Below, piece by piece: positions 36,535 to 45,337 of a stretch of DNA of 64,000 nucleotides. Position 1 is the stretch's first letter, and every line of letters starts with the position of its first letter. The stretch comes from Rhodospirillaceae bacterium. GTDB lineage: Bacteria > Pseudomonadota > Alphaproteobacteria > MPNO01 > UBA2964. Position numbers and translations under genes: made by a program. The stretch spans positions 45,458 to 109,457 of the forward strand of contig JAYQSL010000006.1 in the NCBI GenBank assembly GCA_038146865.1, read 5' to 3'. The notes beneath the pieces are model-generated. The model searched no databases and was not told the origin of the DNA. It worked only from the letters and a program-made list of their open reading frames with translations.

Positions 36535-37722
36535 TTAAATAATTCCTTTCGCCCGTAATTCGGCAATTTCTTTATTTTCATAGCCAAATTCTGCTAATAC
36601 TTCATCCGTATGTTCGCCCGCATCAGGTGTATAACGGCGTACCGACGGACACGCAGCGGACAAGCTAAAGGGTTGCCCAACGACATTGACTTCCCCCATA
36701 TCTTTACTCCGCATCGACCAAGTGATGCCAAGATGCTCTACCTGCGGATCAGAAAAGGTCTCATCTACTGTGTAAATCGGCCCGCATGGAACGCCACCGT
36801 CATTTAAAATATCCACCCACTCTTTGGATGATCTTTGCTTGGTGTATTCTGAGAGAGCCTGATTCAGTTCATCACGATGCTCTAATCGATCGGCAGCTGT
36901 TTGGTATTTTGACTCCTCATAAAGGCTCTCCGCACCAAGCCCTTTACAAAGCCGGGTCCACATCTGTTGCCCGCCAGCCGCTATATTAATGTGCCCATCT
37001 GCTGTGGGAAATACTCCGGTTGGAGTTGATTTCGGGTGATTATTTCCGGCCTGTGGAGGTACATCATTCTCAATCAAATACCGAGCACACTGAAAATCCA
37101 TTAGCGCAATTTGTGACTCGAGAAGCGAGGTATGAACCCATTGTCCTTCTCCTGTTTCTTCTCTCTGCAGTAAGGCAATAAGAATTGCTGTTGCACAGTT
37201 CATTCCGCAGGTTAAGTCGGCTATCGCGGTGCCAGCTCGAACGGGACCCTGCCCGGGCAACCCAGTTACGGACATAAACCCACCCATGCCCTGAGCTATC
37301 TGATCGACACCAGGCCTTTTTGCGTAAGGCCCTGTCTGCCCAAATCCAGAAATACTCGCAAGAATGATTTTAGAGTTTATACTTTTGAGTGTTTCGAAAT
37401 CTATCCCGAGACGATTTTTTACATCTGGCCGATAATTTTCCACTACAACGTCTGCTTCTTTAACCATTTCGTAAAAAATATTTTTTCCCTCGACGGCTTT
37501 TAAATTTAGCGTCATCGATCTTTTGTTTCGATGAAGATTTTGAAAATCTGCTGAGCCGCGGGACCCCGTATATCCATCATCTTGACCCGGGATTGGTGGC
37601 ATCTCTACTTTGACAACATCAGCACCCCAATCTGCCAAGACCTTTACCGCTGTGGGACCGGATCTTACCCTAGTAAGATCCAATACTCTGAATCGCTCCA
37701 ACGGCAGCTTTGTATTCGGCAT
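36535..37722 (-). CDS. Family III (CaiB/BaiF) CoA-transferase
   Basis: VLDLTRVRSGP, GADVVKVE, RNKRS, ENYRP and SISGFGQTGP motifs; GGAGAG RBS. Confidence 0.92.
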   Translation of the reverse strand: MPNTKLPLERFRVLDLTRVRSGPTAVKVLADWGADVVKVEMPPIPGQDDGYTGSRGSADFQNLHRNKRSMTLNLKAVEGKNIFYEMVKEADVVVENYRPDVKNRLGIDFETLKSINSKIILASISGFGQTGPYAKRPGVDQIAQGMGGFMSVTGLPGQGPVRAGTAIADLTCGMNCATAILIALLQREETGEGQWVHTSLLESQIALMDFQCARYLIENDVPPQAGNNHPKSTPTGVFPTADGHINIAAGGQQMWTRLCKGLGAESLYEESKYQTAADRLEHRDELNQALSEYTKQRSSKEWVDILNDGGVPCGPIYTVDETFSDPQVEHLGITWSMRSKDMGEVNVVGQPFSLSAACPSVRRYTPDAGEHTDEVLAEFGYENKEIAELRAKGII

Positions 37723-37829
37723 AGTGCTCTCCAAAAATTCTTTTTTTGAATACCCTAGTGCAAACCTTAACCCATAATGCGATATCTCAACACCTGTTGT
37801 TAAAATACAGAACGTGGTACCTGACCGTT

Positions 37830-39035
37830 ATGGAACCGACGTCACAGCCCAAATTTATCTTTCCCGCCCTTGTAACGGTTACCCTAATCGCACCTTTAGC
37901 TGTGCACATGTTTATACCGGCTCTACCTGTCGTCAAAAGCGACCTGGGCGTCAGTGACAGCATGGCCTATGCGACGATCTCATGGGTCATGATCGTTATG
38001 GCGTTTGCTACTATCCTATATGGAGGGCTCTCGGACCAATGGGGCAGGAAACCAGTTCTGCTTACCGGTCTCGCACTTTATACTATCGGTGCCGAGCTCT
38101 CCTGGTTTGCAACCGATATATATACCTTACTTGCTGGACGAATTATGCAGGCGGCAGGGGCGGGATGCGGCGTCGTGCTTGCCCGAGCGATAGCCCGAGA
38201 CATATATGGGATGGAGAGAATTGCCCCCGTAATCGCAAATCTCACAGCGGCCTATGTTCTAGGGCCTACTTTAGCACCCCCGCTCGGCGGCTTCATGATT
38301 GACGCACTCGGCTGGCGATCAATATTTATGTTGGCAACGCTTATCGGATTAATGCTTATCTTGATGGTCGCAGTCTATTTACCCGAAACACATCGACCAA
38401 CCAACCGAGTGAGGGGTCTGAGCAGCGCCTTTAAGACTATCTGGATAGAATATCGTACATTGATCACTGTACCCCGATTTACGGCCTATGCGCTGGCTCC
38501 AGGTTTTTTATCGGGTACATTTTTTGCTCTGGCAACCTCGTCAGCGTTCCTAGCTACAGAAGGGCTTCAGATGCCAGTCGAGGAGTTTGGTCTCTGGTTT
38601 CTTTTTCTTCCCGCAGGATTTATGACAGGGAATTTCGTATCAGGTCGTATCGGCAATCGAGTTTCGATCAGCACCATGACCATCGCAGGATCAGTGCTAA
38701 ACGTCGTCATTGTCCTTACGATGGCAGCTGTCTTATTTCTTGGTGGCCTCTCAATCTATGCGCTGGTAATCCCAGGCTTTATGTTGGGAATCGCCCAAGG
38801 TATGTGTTTGCCCTACGCTCAAGCGGGTGCCATGCATGTGAATACAGCCTTAGCAGGCTCCGCATCAGGTGCCGTGACTTTTTCTCAACTCATGTTTGCT
38901 GGAATTTCCCAACAAATCTGTGGTTTGGTCGCGGACTCGACATGGACACCAATTGCATTAGTCATGTTTGTTTTTTCACTGATGGGATTAGCAGCTGCAC
39001 TTGTCGCCGCGTTTACATTACCAAAATCAAATTAG
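37830..39035 (+). CDS. Bcr/CflA-family MFS efflux transporter
   Basis: MFIPALP, GGLSDQWGRKP, GRIMQA, GWRSIF and LPET motifs; about 12 TM helices. Confidence 0.88.
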   Translation: MEPTSQPKFIFPALVTVTLIAPLAVHMFIPALPVVKSDLGVSDSMAYATISWVMIVMAFATILYGGLSDQWGRKPVLLTGLALYTIGAELSWFATDIYTLLAGRIMQAAGAGCGVVLARAIARDIYGMERIAPVIANLTAAYVLGPTLAPPLGGFMIDALGWRSIFMLATLIGLMLILMVAVYLPETHRPTNRVRGLSSAFKTIWIEYRTLITVPRFTAYALAPGFLSGTFFALATSSAFLATEGLQMPVEEFGLWFLFLPAGFMTGNFVSGRIGNRVSISTMTIAGSVLNVVIVLTMAAVLFLGGLSIYALVIPGFMLGIAQGMCLPYAQAGAMHVNTALAGSASGAVTFSQLMFAGISQQICGLVADSTWTPIALVMFVFSLMGLAAALVAAFTLPKSN

Positions 39036-39931
39036 GTTTTGTTTGAGCCTGCGGTTGCAAGACGGGTCAGCCAAATAGAAGCTGCAAAGATTACGCTACC
39101 CCCTACCCAAGTCCAAAGATCTGGAAATTCGGAAAAAAATACCCAACCAAATAATGCAGCCCATATTAATCGGGTAAAGTTGAACGGAAGCACAATAGTT
39201 GCATCTGCTACCCCCATAGCTTTATTAAAATTCCGCTGGATCAGTGTCCCGAGATAACCAAGTGCAACACCCCAACCAAGCTGCAATATTGTTGGATTAG
39301 TCCAATAATAAAGCGCAGGTCCTAGACTGAATATTGTGTGCGAAACAAAGAGGTAGAATGCGATTGTATCCGCGGAGTCATATCGAATTAGGGTCTTAAT
39401 AAGAATAGCCACGGCAGCTCCCGAGATCGCTGAACCGAGGGCAAGAAGGAGCCCAAAATTAAAGCCAGCCATTCCCGGACGAATTACGATCAACGCACCT
39501 GCAAATCCAAGACAAACCGCCAACCAACGCGACGCGGTGGTCTTTTCTTTGAGAAAAAGGACAGCAAAAAGAGAAGCGATTATAGGCATCATAAATGTAA
39601 TAGCTGCAGTATCGGCCACAGGCGCAAGCCATAGCGCTGCGAATAGAAACCATACATTCATTGCCGAAGTCGCTCCCCGGACTGCATGCATTTTTAGTCG
39701 ACTGGTTTTGAGGGCTGATAGACCGACACGGAACAACCAGGGTGCCATAAATGCAAGCCCGAAAACATTTCGAAGGAATACGACCTGCATAAAATGCAGT
39801 TCTTGAACCACATGGTGAACGATCGCAATTGAGGCAGCGTATCCAAAAGCGCTAAGGGTCATCCACCAAGCGCCACGCATAGCCGGTGATTGCCGCTCCA
39901 ACCAATCATTAAAAAATAGGGGTCCAAACAT
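39032..39931 (-). CDS. DMT/EamA transporter
   Basis: About 10 TM helices; FLKE, GFAGALIVIRPG and FSEFPD motifs. Confidence 0.88.
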   Translation of the reverse strand: MFGPLFFNDWLERQSPAMRGAWWMTLSAFGYAASIAIVHHVVQELHFMQVVFLRNVFGLAFMAPWLFRVGLSALKTSRLKMHAVRGATSAMNVWFLFAALWLAPVADTAAITFMMPIIASLFAVLFLKEKTTASRWLAVCLGFAGALIVIRPGMAGFNFGLLLALGSAISGAAVAILIKTLIRYDSADTIAFYLFVSHTIFSLGPALYYWTNPTILQLGWGVALGYLGTLIQRNFNKAMGVADATIVLPFNFTRLIWAALFGWVFFSEFPDLWTWVGGSVIFAASIWLTRLATAGSNKT

Positions 39932-40028
39932 CTATTTGAGGCTACGCCTCTAACCGCCTGCCGTCAGCCCTTTTATATTTTTAACCTGTCTCATAGAATT
40001 TTTAATATTAGCATTTGAGGGTCGACTG

Positions 40029-40901
40029 ATGCGTCTAAATAAAATGGAATTAAGAGCCCTTTTTTCAACATTTATCTGGTTCAGTCTTAGCACTATTGCT
40101 TCGGCACAGAAGTTAGAGGTGGACTTGCAACTAGCTCTCGGCAGCGATGTCTCAAGAAGCGTCGATCAGGAGGAAGCCACTCTGCAGCGTCAGGGCTACA
40201 TCAGGGCTTTTAACCACCCGACTGTAATAGGCGCCATAAATCGCGGTCCGCTCGGCCGAATAGCGGTGACCTATTTCGAATGGGGTGGCGAGCAAAATAT
40301 TAAAACTATAGTAGGTTGGACTTTAATTAATGATGCGAAATCAGCACGAAATTTCGCAAAAAGGTTATCTTTGGAAGCGCCAATATCCGCGAGGCGTACG
40401 GGTATCTCTGGAGCGATAAATTTTGCGCTGATACAAATTACCACCAATAAATTCTCGAGTACCCGCAAAGTAATAGACCTATCAGGTGATGGCGCAAATA
40501 ACTCAGGAATATTGGTGAACTTAGCCAGGGATAGGGCGATTAAAAAAGGATTCACGATTAATGGGCTGCCCATTGTAAATCAACGCTCAAGCAGCTCTGG
40601 CTGGCAACAGATCCAAAATCTCGATTTGTATTATAGAGATTGCGTAATTGGCGGTCCTGGAGCTTTCCTGATCGTAGCGAAAGACTATCAAGATTTTGGT
40701 CGCGCTATTATGCGCAAGTTGATTTTAGAAATCGCTGATATCCGCCCGACGAAGACAAAATTCATATACGCAAACTTTATTTCCCGTAATGCGCCCCCTT
40801 GCAATATTGGCGAAATTAGGCGGAGACAGCGATGGGGAGACTGGGACGATGACGACTGGACACCGATGCTGCAAAGCCCATCAAGGATCAGAAAACCATG
40901 A
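40029..40901 (+). CDS. DUF1194 (vWA-like) secreted protein, paralog 1
   Basis: Signal peptide, DVSRSVD..E..LQRQGY, IDLSGDG, INGLPI and YYRDCVIGGPGAF. Confidence 0.85.
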   Translation: MRLNKMELRALFSTFIWFSLSTIASAQKLEVDLQLALGSDVSRSVDQEEATLQRQGYIRAFNHPTVIGAINRGPLGRIAVTYFEWGGEQNIKTIVGWTLINDAKSARNFAKRLSLEAPISARRTGISGAINFALIQITTNKFSSTRKVIDLSGDGANNSGILVNLARDRAIKKGFTINGLPIVNQRSSSSGWQQIQNLDLYYRDCVIGGPGAFLIVAKDYQDFGRAIMRKLILEIADIRPTKTKFIYANFISRNAPPCNIGEIRRRQRWGDWDDDDWTPMLQSPSRIRKP

Positions 40902-41731
40902 AGAAAGTAATTTCAATCTATTTAGCATTTTTCATAGGATGCGCATCTGCCGGAGCCGAAAAAGTCTCGGTTGATTTGGAGCTCGCGCTCGGGGTCGACG
41001 TTTCAGGTAGCGTTGATGAGGAAGAGGCGATGCTTCAGAGAAACGGCTATATAAATGCATTCAGGCACCCCGCCATACTGGAGGCCATTCAACGTGGCCC
41101 CAAGGGAAGAATCGCCGTCGGATATTATGAATGGGCAGGGTTTGGGCACATGAAAATTATTGTGCCCTGGACACTTATAAAAGACAAAAAATCCGCCTTA
41201 GAATTTGCGAATGCTCTCTCAAAAGAGGAACCGCAAACAGCCAGAAGAACAGCGATTTCTGCGGGCATAATGATGGGGGCTGAATGGTTCGACAAAAATA
41301 ATTTCACAGGAGTTAGGAGGGTCATCGATATTTCGGGAGATGGACCCAATAATTGGGGGGAACCAGTTAATGTTGTGCGAGACAGGGTAGCATCACGTGG
41401 AATTACGATTAATGGCCTCCCCATTGTAAATGATCGGCCTACTTTTTCGGGTCGTCCGCCACTCAAAGATTTAGATCTCTATTATAGGGACTGTGTAATA
41501 GGTGGTCCGGGGGCATTTTACGTCGTTGCGCGCGATTTTAAGGATTTTGGACGTGCAGTAATGAGAAAACTTATTATGGAAATTGCCAACCTTAAAGGAG
41601 AAGATAGATTAATCCGCTTTGCTAATTTTCAACCAAGGAGGGGGCCTGCCTGTGATATCGGCGAACGACAGCGCATGTGGCAATCTCTGGACGACGACGA
41701 GTATTTCTTCCAGCTTCCCCGGCAGAAATAA
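40898..41731 (+). CDS. DUF1194 (vWA-like) secreted protein, paralog 2
   Basis: Signal peptide, DVSGSVD, IDISGDGPNN and YYRDCVIGGPGAF; ATGA overlap with paralog 1. Confidence 0.85.
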   Translation: MKKVISIYLAFFIGCASAGAEKVSVDLELALGVDVSGSVDEEEAMLQRNGYINAFRHPAILEAIQRGPKGRIAVGYYEWAGFGHMKIIVPWTLIKDKKSALEFANALSKEEPQTARRTAISAGIMMGAEWFDKNNFTGVRRVIDISGDGPNNWGEPVNVVRDRVASRGITINGLPIVNDRPTFSGRPPLKDLDLYYRDCVIGGPGAFYVVARDFKDFGRAVMRKLIMEIANLKGEDRLIRFANFQPRRGPACDIGERQRMWQSLDDDEYFFQLPRQK

Positions 41732-43087
41732 CTATCGAGTAAGCGTATCCAAATTAAGCTCTAACCAACGTGTATTATAATTACCCTGAACAAAATCGAG
41801 CTCACTGACCAGTCTTCTTAGAAAAGGAATTGTTGTATCAATTCCCTCAACTTCGAAATCACTCAAAGCACGCTGCATTTTCATAATAGCGTGAACCCTG
41901 CTCGGAGCATGAACTATCAATTTGGCGATAAGGGAGTCGTAATATGGCGGTACCAACGCACCCTGATAACCATATGTATCCACCCGTACCCCATCACCGC
42001 CCGCAGGACGCCATTTGGCAATTATACCCGGTGATGGCCTAAAACTATTAGCTGCATTTTCTGCAGTTATACGCACTTCAATTGCATGCCCTACAAAACG
42101 CACTTCCTCTTGATGAAATGGTATAGGACTGCCCCCCGCAATCTTTATTTGAGCCTGCACTAGGTCAACGCCAGTAACCATTTCGGTTACAGGGTGTTCA
42201 ACCTGAATTCGGGTATTCATCTCCAGAAAATAAAATTTACCGGTTTTTTGGTCCACCATGAATTCGACTGTACCCGCATTTTGATAACCAATTTTTTTTG
42301 AGATTTTTACCGCACTCTCGCGGATTAATTCACGGACTGATTGAGAGATGGCCGAGCCCGGTGCCTCCTCGGCGACCTTTTGATAACGACGCTGAAGAGA
42401 ACAATCACGCTCTCCCAAATGGACAACATTACCTTTGGCGTCACCTAAAATCTGGACCTCAATATGCCGACCATCTTCGATATACTTTTCAACAAATAGA
42501 GCACCATCTCCAAATGCGGCAAGCGCCTCAGCTGAGGCCGTTTTAAAACTCTCCTCTACCTCTAATTTTCCACGAATGACTTTGATGCCTCTTCCTCCAC
42601 CACCCGCCGCCGCCTTAACCATTATCGGATATCCAATCGTGTCACCGATTTGTCTCGCTTCCTCCCAGTCTCGAACCTCCGAAGAACCTGGCGCCACAGG
42701 AACGCCCCATTTGCTCACGGCTTCCCGCGCTTCGAGTTTATTTCCCATGCGTTCCACTACGTGGGCCTGCGGGCCGATAAAAGTGATGTTCGATTCTGCG
42801 CATCTTCGAGCAAGTACCGGGGACTCTGCCAGAAACCCGTAACCAGGGTGCAAAGCGTCACAACCAGCATCTTTTGCCGCTTTAATGATATTTTCGATGG
42901 CAAGATAGGAATTAAGCGACCGTGATCCACCAACACACTCGGCACCGTCCGCCATCTTTACCGACAGCCCCCCCTTATCGGCCTCCGAATAAGCTGCAAT
43001 TGCCTCAAGTCCCAATTCATGACAAGCCCGGACTATTCGAACAGCAATCTCACCTCTATTTGCTATAAAAACGCGCTGGACCGACAT
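41732..43087 (-). CDS. Biotin carboxylase subunit
   Basis: IANRGEIA, HPGYGFL, AGGGGRG, ERDCSLQRR, EMNTRIQVEHPVTE and PYYDSL motifs. Confidence 0.93.
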   Translation of the reverse strand: MSVQRVFIANRGEIAVRIVRACHELGLEAIAAYSEADKGGLSVKMADGAECVGGSRSLNSYLAIENIIKAAKDAGCDALHPGYGFLAESPVLARRCAESNITFIGPQAHVVERMGNKLEAREAVSKWGVPVAPGSSEVRDWEEARQIGDTIGYPIMVKAAAGGGGRGIKVIRGKLEVEESFKTASAEALAAFGDGALFVEKYIEDGRHIEVQILGDAKGNVVHLGERDCSLQRRYQKVAEEAPGSAISQSVRELIRESAVKISKKIGYQNAGTVEFMVDQKTGKFYFLEMNTRIQVEHPVTEMVTGVDLVQAQIKIAGGSPIPFHQEEVRFVGHAIEVRITAENAANSFRPSPGIIAKWRPAGGDGVRVDTYGYQGALVPPYYDSLIAKLIVHAPSRVHAIMKMQRALSDFEVEGIDTTIPFLRRLVSELDFVQGNYNTRWLELNLDTLTR

Positions 43088-43093
43088 CGCGCT

Positions 43094-43612
43094 TTAGTTC
43101 AAAGGCTTCAGATAGAAGAGCACGTCACCTTGCTGCACAGTATCCGTATCACTTACCAGAATTTCAACAACCTCCCCGGCGATCTCGGACTGTACGCTAG
43201 TATATACCTTCATGACCTCGATCAAACCAATAGTCACACCTTTTTCGACAGTCTTGCCTACAGTCACAAAAGGCTCTGATTGCGGATCAGGAGCCGCATA
43301 GAAAGTGCCAACCAGGGGCGCCTTAATCGCAATTAATCCTGTTACCTCCTTTTCTTGTCTTGGCGCGACGTCATCATTGACCTCTTTTACAATCAAATCT
43401 GAAACTGGCTCATTTTTGGCTGCATCTTGAACTTTCTTGGACTCCGAAAAATGGATTTGATCAGTCGTATCATGTGACACCCTCGCTGGTACGTATCCAT
43501 TTTTCGCCACCGCCAACTTGAGATCCCCATCCTCAAATTCGAGATAATCAAAGTTCGAGTCCTCGAAAAGCTTTAGAATTGCCTTCACATCTGTTTCGGT
43601 TAAGTCTGTCAT
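43094..43612 (-). CDS. Biotin carboxyl carrier protein
   Basis: APLVGTFY..P and biotinylation motif IEVMK. Confidence 0.92.
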   Translation of the reverse strand: MTDLTETDVKAILKLFEDSNFDYLEFEDGDLKLAVAKNGYVPARVSHDTTDQIHFSESKKVQDAAKNEPVSDLIVKEVNDDVAPRQEKEVTGLIAIKAPLVGTFYAAPDPQSEPFVTVGKTVEKGVTIGLIEVMKVYTSVQSEIAGEVVEILVSDTDTVQQGDVLFYLKPLN

Positions 43613-43633
43613 CTGCTTTCCCCACTCACTCTA

Positions 43634-45100
43634 TTAACGCGTTCTTTTTGCAAGAAATACCGAAGTACCGCCTTTTTGAACGTTTAATTGATCGCAACTT
43701 CCATGGGTTACAAGCCCTGCTACAAGTTTAACAAGAGGGTTAGTTGATGTGGGATAAGCGCTCTGAGGCCCTACGCTCCTCATAGAAGCAACATCGCTCG
43801 GACTGGTAAGATATGTGAGTATCAGGTCCTCGTCCGATAGGTTAACTCCCCCCACTTGTTTTCTAATTTCATCCAAGGATGGATCGGTAACAGCCTCTGC
43901 GGCAATTTCGCGAGCGCGAGGTCTATCAAGAATACGGTCTCGAATATTTTGATCCATTACTTCTGTTGCTTCTTCCCCCCAACGACCCATCGCGTACTCG
44001 ATAACCTGATCGGTCACCTGACTATAACGCCCTCCAACCATTACATTTATGGAGGCTTGTGTTCCAACGAATTGAGATAGCGGCGTAACCATAATGGGAT
44101 ACCCCAGCTCTGCTCGCACCTGAGCAGTTTCTTCCATCGCCTCCTGCAATTGATGCCCTTTTCCTACTCTCTCCAGCTGAAAACGCATATTGGAAATCAT
44201 TCCACCTGGTACTTGGTGAATGTACTGGGCCTCGTCGTAGTCGGCCGCTCTGCCAATAGGGAAGCCATTTTGTTCAGCGATTGACAAAAAATGTGGTGTT
44301 ACAGGTTCCAGAGCACCTTCATTGATATGAGTTTGAAAGCCTAATGCGCGTAAATTTTTACAAACGTTGAAAATAGATGGGTTGCTTGATGCATCCGATA
44401 GCGGCGGGATTGCAGTATTTATAATCCGCACTCCTGCTTTTACAGCCTCCAAAACGCACAAAGACCCAAGGCCGGTGGTGCAGTGGGTATGAAATTCAAC
44501 TTCGCAATCACCAGCAGCTTCTAGTATCATAGGGGTGAGTTTTCTGGTGCGCTCCGGCGTCAACAGGCCGCCAGGATCTTTGAAGCATATGACTTCTCCT
44601 AGATGGGAGATTGCTTTTGTTCTCTCTGCAAAATACTGGTCCGTATGTCGCGGAGAAACCGAGAAAATCATGTTTAGAATAGGTGTCTGTCCAGCCACAC
44701 GGACGGCCTTTGCGCGACGAATTATACCTTCAGGTGAGTTCCAGGGGTCGGATATTCGGACTTGATCGATGCCCGCCTGCGCAACAACCTTCTGAAAAAG
44801 CTGATACAGCACCGGTGGGTCGTACCCAAATGTATTCATTCTTCCGGCAATCAGACGCAAAGGCATCTTTGGAAGTTTCTCTCTAACCAAACGGATCCTC
44901 TCGAAAGGATCATCCTTCAGCTCTCGCACCATCTTCTTGAAGAATGCCCCCGACATCAGCTCAATTGCTGTAAACCCCGCCTCTTCAATATTTTCCAAGA
45001 CCGGCAAAAGCATACCCGTCGTCATATTGGATGCCCAAAGGCTGAGGTTGCCATCTCGAAGTGTAGTATCTACGAATTGAATATCATTTTTATCGCGCAT
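43634..45100 (-). CDS. Pyruvate carboxylase B/OadA-like carboxyltransferase lacking a biotinyl domain, atypical active site
   Basis: DTTLRDG, FKDPGGLL, HTHCT, HQVPGGM and MVTPLSQFVG motifs. Confidence 0.85.
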   Translation of the reverse strand: MRDKNDIQFVDTTLRDGNLSLWASNMTTGMLLPVLENIEEAGFTAIELMSGAFFKKMVRELKDDPFERIRLVREKLPKMPLRLIAGRMNTFGYDPPVLYQLFQKVVAQAGIDQVRISDPWNSPEGIIRRAKAVRVAGQTPILNMIFSVSPRHTDQYFAERTKAISHLGEVICFKDPGGLLTPERTRKLTPMILEAAGDCEVEFHTHCTTGLGSLCVLEAVKAGVRIINTAIPPLSDASSNPSIFNVCKNLRALGFQTHINEGALEPVTPHFLSIAEQNGFPIGRAADYDEAQYIHQVPGGMISNMRFQLERVGKGHQLQEAMEETAQVRAELGYPIMVTPLSQFVGTQASINVMVGGRYSQVTDQVIEYAMGRWGEEATEVMDQNIRDRILDRPRAREIAAEAVTDPSLDEIRKQVGGVNLSDEDLILTYLTSPSDVASMRSVGPQSAYPTSTNPLVKLVAGLVTHGSCDQLNVQKGGTSVFLAKRTR

Positions 45101-45103
45101 CCC

Positions 45104-45160
45104 AACTCCTTTTCTCTCTTAACCCTATCGGGTTTGAGGACTCCGAGGAAGAGAGGAGCC
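45104..45160 (-). promoter_or_regulatory. Structured 5' leader sequestering the SD of the carboxyltransferase gene
   Basis: mRNA GGCUCCU/AGGAGUU and CUCUU/AAGAG pairings enclose an AACCC-GAUA-GGGUU hairpin; folded by eye. Confidence 0.4.
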
Positions 45161-45337
45161 TATAGCAAATTGTTTTGGTTAAGCTGACATATTGTAATCA
45201 TCGGAAAGCTAGCCAAAATACTTATCACATTTGGAGAATATTAAAATCGGCATCACTGAGCTTAAAAAATTCTATTATCTTTTTTCTAAGCGGGGAGATT
45301 TTCGGACCATTGGAATTTTGATGTGATATAAAAAGTT

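Noticed and set aside
41732-43612. Housekeeping accB/accC of fatty acid synthesis
   Set aside because: They are operonic with a PycB-like carboxyltransferase and have an EVMK biotin motif, so no gene symbols were assigned.
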